A stretch of DNA of 64,000 bases from an uncultured delta proteobacterium (lineage in GTDB: Bacteria; Desulfobacterota; Binatia; Binatales; Binataceae): contig CAVQEQ010000003.1 in the NCBI GenBank assembly GCA_963711565.1, positions 1,344,001-1,408,000 of the forward strand, in the 5' to 3' direction. The notes below the pieces were generated by a model. It saw only the letters and a program-made list of their open reading frames with translations, was not told the origin of the DNA and did no database searches. Both the position numbers and the translations under genes were made by a program. Positions 57,904 to 64,000 of this stretch are shown here, in pieces (the stretch's first letter is position 1; the number at the start of each line of letters is the position of its first letter).

Positions 57904-60389
57904 GTGAAAACTCCATCAGTCATCCGTCGCGCAGTCCTTCTTTTCCTGATCGCTCTATTCGTCGCGTCGGCCGCCACCGTTTCCGCGCAAGTTGCGGAAT
58001 CCAGCCGCACTAGCGAACTCATTAACGGCCTGCAGAGCCCCGACCCGGTGCATCGCGAGAATGCTGCTAAAGCGGCGATGTGGACCAAGCCGCTGCCGCT
58101 CGCTCTCGTACCACATGTGCTCAACAGCTTCAGACTATGCGAAATCGACCCCAAGTCCCTTCAACCTGTCGGGCAACGAAGTAGGGAGACGCGCGCGTAC
58201 CTCGTCAGAGCGCTGGCGAATGCGGGAACGCCGGCGATCCCGCAACTCCAGCTTGCGCTGAATGATCCGGATGCTTCGGTTCGGTCCGGCGCGGTCGCTG
58301 CATTAGCCCAGATCGTGACAGCGCGTCCTCCTCCTCCGCCATCGTATCCGATTTTGATCAAGGCCCTGGCGAACACCCACGATGACGTCGTCGGATATGT
58401 CGAGAGTGCAATCACCAATCTGATGGGTGTTCAGGGAGTGCCGATGCTTCTGGATAGCCTCAACGACAGCAATCCACGGATTCGCAGCGGCAGCGCGGTG
58501 TCTCTGTCCTACATCCTGGGCCGGTATGGGGGCATCACCCATTTCGTGGGCGAAGTGGTTCAGGATAAGCCTGCTCAATTTGGCGGATGGTCGGCCCTTC
58601 TCCCACTGATGTTGTGCTTGTTGTCGCGAAGCGTTTGAACGATCTTGACCCGCGCTCTCGTCTTCGGATTATCGACAGCCTGACGGGGCTCGAGTCGTTC
58701 GCGGCTCCTGCAATCCCCTACGTCGTGCCCGCGCTTAAGGATAGCGACCCGAAAATCCGGATGTCCGCCGTAAATTTCTTCGGCAGGGTCGGGCCGGCCG
58801 CGAAGGTAGCCGTTCCCAATCTTGTCCAATCCCTCAACGATCCCGACGAATCTATACGCCTGAGGACGATGGATATCCTGGGGGCATTCGGACCTGCCAC
58901 CAAAGACGCGATACCTGCTTTGGATATCGCGATGAAGAGCGCCGACAGCGACACATCGGAACACGCCGCTATGGCGCTGGCGAGCATCGATCCCGGCGAT
59001 AAGGCCGCGCTGCCGATCGTGGTGCGTACTCTAAACGATGGGGGCGAGATGTACGACGCGACCGCAGCGCTAGGGAAGATGGGCAGCTACGCTCGGCCAG
59101 CAGTGCCGGCCATCGAGCATCTGCTCGCCACCGAGGACGTTTATGAGCGGCAAGCGGCGGTCATCGCACTCGCGCGAATCGAAGGCGGCGACGCGATACC
59201 CACTTTGGTGCGGACGATTAGCGGCGATACGGACGATTCCGTCCGGCTCAAGGCTGTCATCGCGCTGGGCGGGCTGGCCTCAACAGACAGTCATGCGATT
59301 GCAGCATTAGTCGGCGCCTTCAGCAACGACTCCGAGGATTTGAGAGAGGCTGCGAGCGATCAGCTCGGCAAACTCGGCGCGGCTGCGGTGCCTGCACTGA
59401 TCGCAGCCTTGAAGAGCCCGGATTTCTACCAGCGTGCGTGGTCCGTGCAGACACTCAGCCAAATCAAACCGCTACCCGGCGATGCCACGCACGCGCTGAC
59501 ACTCGCGCTCAGCGACAAGAGTGAGGTTGTCAGGACTGAAGCTGCCAACGCGCTCAAGGGCGACACGGTAAAGGCAAGTGGAGCCATCAGCGATCAGCAG
59601 CTCGAAGATGAAGAGTCTGAGCGGGATAATGGACCAGCGCAGGGGCTCGATGCGTTCATCGCCGGCACATCCACTTCAGATAGTCGGAGCTACACCAAGG
59701 CGGAAATTGTGGCCTCGATTCCGCCCGACGAAAATCACGAGAACCCGTACGAGTTGAAGTATTACCTGCCGATCACTCCCCTGGGCAGTCATACCGGGGC
59801 GGCAGAGTTCATCGTGACAATTCATTCTGCGCAGGATGCCGCGGATCGGTTGGCGGTTTGGAAGAAAACCGGCGACGAGAGGTATCAGCGGCTATTCGTC
59901 CAACAGGCTGACCGCGATGCAAGCTTCCTCGAACCCGACTTGTTCTCGTCGAGGGCGCTGGTGAAGGACCGGGAAAGGGATCGCTACGAGACTTATCTGT
60001 TTCTCGATCTGCCCATCGGACGCACCTGGGGAGACGGCGCGGGCGTCAACGACAACGTCTTCGTACTCGACCACGACCAGCTGCGGCCCGTCGCGATTGC
60101 AGATGCCGAGGAGGACTCGAAGCAGCTGCGAGACGGCGAGACCGTCTGGAATGGTGGGCTTGGCAATGCATTTTCGGACAATCGCCTGGAGTTCGGGTTT
60201 ACCATTTGGGAAGCCCGGGACTGTCACGCCTGCGCCTCCGGAGGGGAGGTCAACGGCACCTACAAAGTCGTCAAGGAAATGAGCTACGACGGCGGTAAAA
60301 AGGATTGGGTCGCGAGCTGGAAAATGTTGGTAGACACTTCCAAGCGAACAGGCGGGCCCAAGAGTAAAGGCTCGCGGGGACAAGAGTAA
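57904..60389 (+). pseudogene. Secreted HEAT/PBS-lyase repeat protein split by a frameshift near 58602
   Basis: Signal peptide; A.P.L..AL.D.D..VR..A..AL repeats continue across two overlapping frames. Confidence 0.75.
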
Positions 60390-60427
60390 GCGGTGGCGAA
60401 TGGAGCTTGCTCCCTTCGCCACCGCTT
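60388..60427. terminator. Hairpin between convergent genes
   Basis: AAGCGGTGGCGAA...TTCGCCACCGCTT. Confidence 0.65.
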
Positions 60428-60459
60428 TAACTAGCTTACTGCGTAACCGGTCTGGCCGA

Positions 60460-60741
60460 TTACTTCGTAACCGAGGTCGAGAACGCCGCTTCGAGGCGCG
60501 ACACTGCGTCGTTGGCGCGACGGACCGCATCCTCGGCGTCGGTAGCCGCAGCGTCAGACTGTGAAGCCGCTTGCGCAGCCTGGTTGGCCGAAGCTTCCGC
60601 CGCGTTCGCCGATGCATCCGCCTTGGTCGCATCCGCCTGTGCGCGATCGGTAGCGCTCTGAATCACCTGCATGTTGGGACCGCACGCGGTCACGAGCGCA
60701 GTCACGGCCACGACACCAAGTACCTTCAAGATTGTCTTCAT
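60460..60741 (-). CDS. Alanine-zipper (OprI/Lpp-like) lipoprotein
   Basis: GGAGG RBS, lipobox VTAC, Ala heptads, C-terminal RLE..F..SVTK. Confidence 0.8.
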   Translation of the reverse strand: MKTILKVLGVVAVTALVTACGPNMQVIQSATDRAQADATKADASANAAEASANQAAQAASQSDAAATDAEDAVRRANDAVSRLEAAFSTSVTK

Positions 60742-61043
60742 CCGAGCTTTCCTCCAGTGGTTCAAGTCAAAGAGACCAGTCCCCGTGTACTATTCAGTAG
60801 AGATACAACAGTCAGGGCTGGACGAGTAATCTCGCCAATAGTTGCAAAACCCGTTTGCGAACGCAAGGCGATAGAACCGCAATCGGGTTCTGTTCGGAAC
60901 ATCTCGCGCGCTACACTATTAGCTGACGTGAATCGAGCGTGATTGACAGACAAAACTTTCAGCAGTTATCGTTCGAGTCGGTCAAATCGAGAGACGCGGT
61001 GCGCTTTCCTGAAAAAATCATTTAACTGAGGTTCGGTTACGAG

Positions 61044-62480
61044 ATGGCGACGACGATCACGAGCGAATGTATCAACTGCGGAGCGTGCGAGCCGGAGTGT
61101 CCTAACACGGCGATCTACGCGGGCGGAGTGCCGTGGGAGCTTAACGGCACGCCGGGCGCCGCAATCGCGCAAGACATTTATTACATCGTGCCGTCGAAGT
61201 GCACCGAATGCGTCGGCTTCCACGACCATGAAGCGTGTGCGGCGGTATGCCCGGTAGATTGCTGTATTCCCGATCCCGCAAACTTGGAGACCGAAGGCGT
61301 GTTGCTCGCGCGTGCGCGCGAGTTGCATCCTGAGACGACTTTTCCCGACGATGCGCCGTCGCGCTTTCGCAAGGAAGGCGCCGCACCCGCGGCGAACGGC
61401 GCGGAAGCGGCGACCAACGGCGCCGCATTCGCAGCCAAGCCTGCACCGGCCGCAGCACCCAAGCCTGCGGCGGCTCCCGCGGCGGCAGCGTCGGCAACCC
61501 CTGCGCCCGCGGCGGCGGCTGGACTCGCAATGATGCATCTGCCGAAGGACATCGGAGCGCTGCCCGGCCCGGTCGGCGAGAAGCATTTCCCCGGCGAGCT
61601 CGACAGTGATTTCGATACTGTGCTCGCGTCGGTCGATGCGTCGCCGGTTCGCACCGCGCCCGCGCCGGTGCAAATCGCGTTTCGGCTGGCGGAGCCGGTT
61701 CTCGGCGCGATGCCCGACGGCGTGAAGGCAGACCTTGAGCATGCGGTGGGCACCACCGGAGGATTTTCGCGAATCCGCTCGACCGCACTCAACATGATCC
61801 TCAACCTGATTCTGTATCCAGCCATCCTGACCGCGTTCTCGGTTGAAGTCCTCGGCGACGGCCTGTTTTCTCAGCACACCGGCGGATGGATCATGCTCGG
61901 CCTACTGATTGCCGCGGGCGAGGCCGCGTGGCGCCTGCGCGAGGGCGTGATTCACGCCAAGCCCGCGCATGAGCTGACGTATCGTGGATGCTGGTACGGG
62001 CTCGCGCTCGCGCCGCTTGGATTGATTCTCGTGCGCGCTGGTGGAGCGGGCCGGAAAACCGAGCGCAAGGTGGCCTTCGACGGTTTCGAGGGCACGATGC
62101 ATGAGGACAAAACCGAGCGCGATCGCCGCTACGGCACCGTTTACACCGTTGCCGAATATGCGAACGCATACCTGGTGCGGCTCGAGATGCCGCGCAAGCT
62201 GCCGCCGTCGTCGCTCAAGCGCTTGTGGAATCTGCCGGACGAGATGCCGGACTACGACTACAACGTCATGCTTGGCGACAACGTTATTGCGATCAGCGCG
62301 AGCGTGCGCGGCGAGACGATCCGCCGGCTGTCCTACGTCTCGTCGTCGTTCCCGGCAGACTTCACTACGCGAATCGAGTTCGGCAAGCCGGTCAGTGGGT
62401 TCAAGCATCGGATGCGCGACAAAGTGCTCGAGGTGATCGTCCTCAAGGCGGAAGCGGGCCAGTTCCAGCACGCCGCCTGA
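61044..62480 (+). CDS. YfhL-like 2x[4Fe-4S] ferredoxin fused to TM segments and a C-terminal small-HSP-like beta domain
   Basis: CINCGACEPECP and CTECVGFHDHEACAAVCP; Ala/Pro linker; about 3 TM; C-terminal strand pattern. Confidence 0.75.
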   Translation: MATTITSECINCGACEPECPNTAIYAGGVPWELNGTPGAAIAQDIYYIVPSKCTECVGFHDHEACAAVCPVDCCIPDPANLETEGVLLARARELHPETTFPDDAPSRFRKEGAAPAANGAEAATNGAAFAAKPAPAAAPKPAAAPAAAASATPAPAAAAGLAMMHLPKDIGALPGPVGEKHFPGELDSDFDTVLASVDASPVRTAPAPVQIAFRLAEPVLGAMPDGVKADLEHAVGTTGGFSRIRSTALNMILNLILYPAILTAFSVEVLGDGLFSQHTGGWIMLGLLIAAGEAAWRLREGVIHAKPAHELTYRGCWYGLALAPLGLILVRAGGAGRKTERKVAFDGFEGTMHEDKTERDRRYGTVYTVAEYANAYLVRLEMPRKLPPSSLKRLWNLPDEMPDYDYNVMLGDNVIAISASVRGETIRRLSYVSSSFPADFTTRIEFGKPVSGFKHRMRDKVLEVIVLKAEAGQFQHAA

Positions 62481-62547
62481 AGACTCTTCAAGAGCTTAAA
62501 CCGGCGAGAATCGCGACGCCGAGACAGTGCAGTTGAGTTTGGTTGAG

Positions 62548-62997
62548 ATGGCGATCCAGATTCAGGACGCCACAGCTCGCGACCTGCCTCGTATCATCGA
62601 GATCGAGCGGCTCGCCTTCCCTGCTCCGTGGACGCCGGCGTCCTTTCAGCGTGAACTGACCCTGCCATTCTCTCGCATCATGTTGGCGATCCCCGATGAC
62701 GGCGGCGTCTCGATTGCCGGCTTTCTGTGCAGGTGGCTGATTGCCGACGAATGCCACATCCTCAACATCGCGGTCCACCCCGACTCGCGCCGGCTCGGAA
62801 TCGGGACGGTGTTGATGACAGAAGCAATAAACGAGTCAAAAACGACCGGGGCTAACGTGATTACGCTGGAAGTTCGCCGCTCAAATCTGGCTGCCAGGCA
62901 GCTTTATCGGAAGTTTGAGTTTGAAGAACGACGTTTGAGACGGCATTACTACGGCCCGGGAGAAGACGCTATCATCATGGAGCTTCGGTTCGACTGA
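62548..62997 (+). CDS. rimI: Ribosomal protein S18 alanine acetyltransferase
   Basis: F..PW, HILNIAV.P..RRLGIG, TLEVRRSN, R.YY..GEDAIIM. Confidence 0.9.
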   Translation: MAIQIQDATARDLPRIIEIERLAFPAPWTPASFQRELTLPFSRIMLAIPDDGGVSIAGFLCRWLIADECHILNIAVHPDSRRLGIGTVLMTEAINESKTTGANVITLEVRRSNLAARQLYRKFEFEERRLRRHYYGPGEDAIIMELRFD

Positions 62998-63202
62998 CCT
63001 CTTTCGGCCATTAATTTCTAACACTGTTCTATTCGCCCTAACTTTCAGTTTCTTTTCGAGAGCGGGGGTTACAAATCAAGTAATTTTGTGGCATAATGGC
63101 ATTCACATTCAAGGCTGATCGGATTGGTGATGAACCCATGAACTGCGCGGTCATCAACCCACGTCCGAAATCCATGGCCTGCCATCGAGTGCCATAACCG
63201 CG

Positions 63203-63697
63203 ATGAGTTTGCCGTTCAAGAAAGGTGAAAAGGTGGTTTACCCCGCCCATGGGGTTGCCGTAATCGAAGACATCCAGATGCGGGTCATTTCCGGGACCGA
63301 GCGACGCTTTTATATGCTGCGGATTCTCGGCACCGAAAAGATGACCATCATGATTCCGACGGAGAACGTCGAATCGGTCGGACTGCGGCGCGTAATCGGC
63401 AAAGATATGGTGGAGAAAATCTATCGTATCCTGCGTCAGCGCAAGGTCGAGGTCGATACGCAAACGTGGAACCGCCGCTACCGCGAATATACCGAAAAGA
63501 TCAAGACTGGCTCTCCGCTCGAGATTGCCAAGGTGCTGCGCGATTTGCTGGTGCTCAAGAGCGACAAGGAATTGTCGTTCGGCGAGCGCAAGATGCTCGA
63601 CACGGCGCGATCCTTGCTCGTCAAGGAACTGTCGATCGCCAAGGCTCATCCAGAAGAAAAAATCATGGAAGAGCTGAAGATGATCTTCGCGAACTAG
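63203..63697 (+). CDS. carD: CarD/CdnL-family RNAP-binding regulator
   Basis: VVYPAHGV, TWNRRYREY.EKIKTG, LSFGERKMLD.A. Confidence 0.92.
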   Translation: MSLPFKKGEKVVYPAHGVAVIEDIQMRVISGTERRFYMLRILGTEKMTIMIPTENVESVGLRRVIGKDMVEKIYRILRQRKVEVDTQTWNRRYREYTEKIKTGSPLEIAKVLRDLLVLKSDKELSFGERKMLDTARSLLVKELSIAKAHPEEKIMEELKMIFAN

Positions 63698-63728
63698 CCG
63701 CCGCGACCTATCCACAGCTGTGAATTGA

Positions 63729-64000
63729 ATGTCGGACGTAAGTCTGGATCTCGATACCGCCGATCTTGCGGAGCGCTATGAACGGATCAGCGCGGATCGG
63801 CAATTCCGCGGCGGGCAGGAGCTGCTCCGGGAGTTGGCGCTCGTCCCGGGCGAGACGGTGCTCGACATTGGATGCGGGACCGGGATGCTGGCGGAGTATG
63901 CGGCGAGTCTGGTTGGTCCGGCGGGTTCGGTCATCGGGATCGATCCGCTGCCGCTTCGCATTGAGATCGCGAAAAAGCGCGGCACGGCCAATCTGAGCTT
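63729..64000 (+). CDS. Class I SAM methyltransferase, 3'-truncated by the window edge
   Basis: Hand-translated from ATG 63729: VLDIGCGTG, VIGIDP; absent from the ORF track because it has no stop. Confidence 0.8.
   Translation, partial: MSDVSLDLDTADLAERYERISADRQFRGGQELLRELALVPGETVLDIGCGTGMLAEYAASLVGPAGSVIGIDPLPLRIEIAKKRGTANLS

Overview
GC-rich bacterial chromosomal window of about 55 CDS. Gene content (LLM oxidoreductase, AAA/TPR class III cyclase, many SDRs, carD) suggests a soil deltaproteobacteria-like lineage such as Binatota; this is an inference only. Core genes: hrcA, ATP-dependent DNA ligase, dacA-like carboxypeptidase, lepB, an unusual nuoE-H-J-K-L-M-N cluster, rsmD-coaD-aminotransferase, an orphan groEL, rimI and carD. 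Accessory content: a REP-associated tyrosine transposase flanked by GTAG-type REP hairpins (third copy 40 kb away), an NspV-like type II restriction-modification pair, a 1524-aa multidomain secreted protein next to a signal peptidase, and a secreted HEAT-repeat protein. A second ~70-100 bp two-hairpin repeat family occurs at six intergenic loci, with compensatory stem changes, nested insertions and one inverted doublet. Other oddities: a ferredoxin-TM-small-HSP-like fusion, an apparently circularly permuted NPP/alkaline-phosphatase enzyme, a parS-like 22-bp palindrome, and three genes each broken by a single-base deletion (probably sequencing error). No rRNA, tRNA or CRISPR array was seen. All calls come from motif recognition; no database searches were run.
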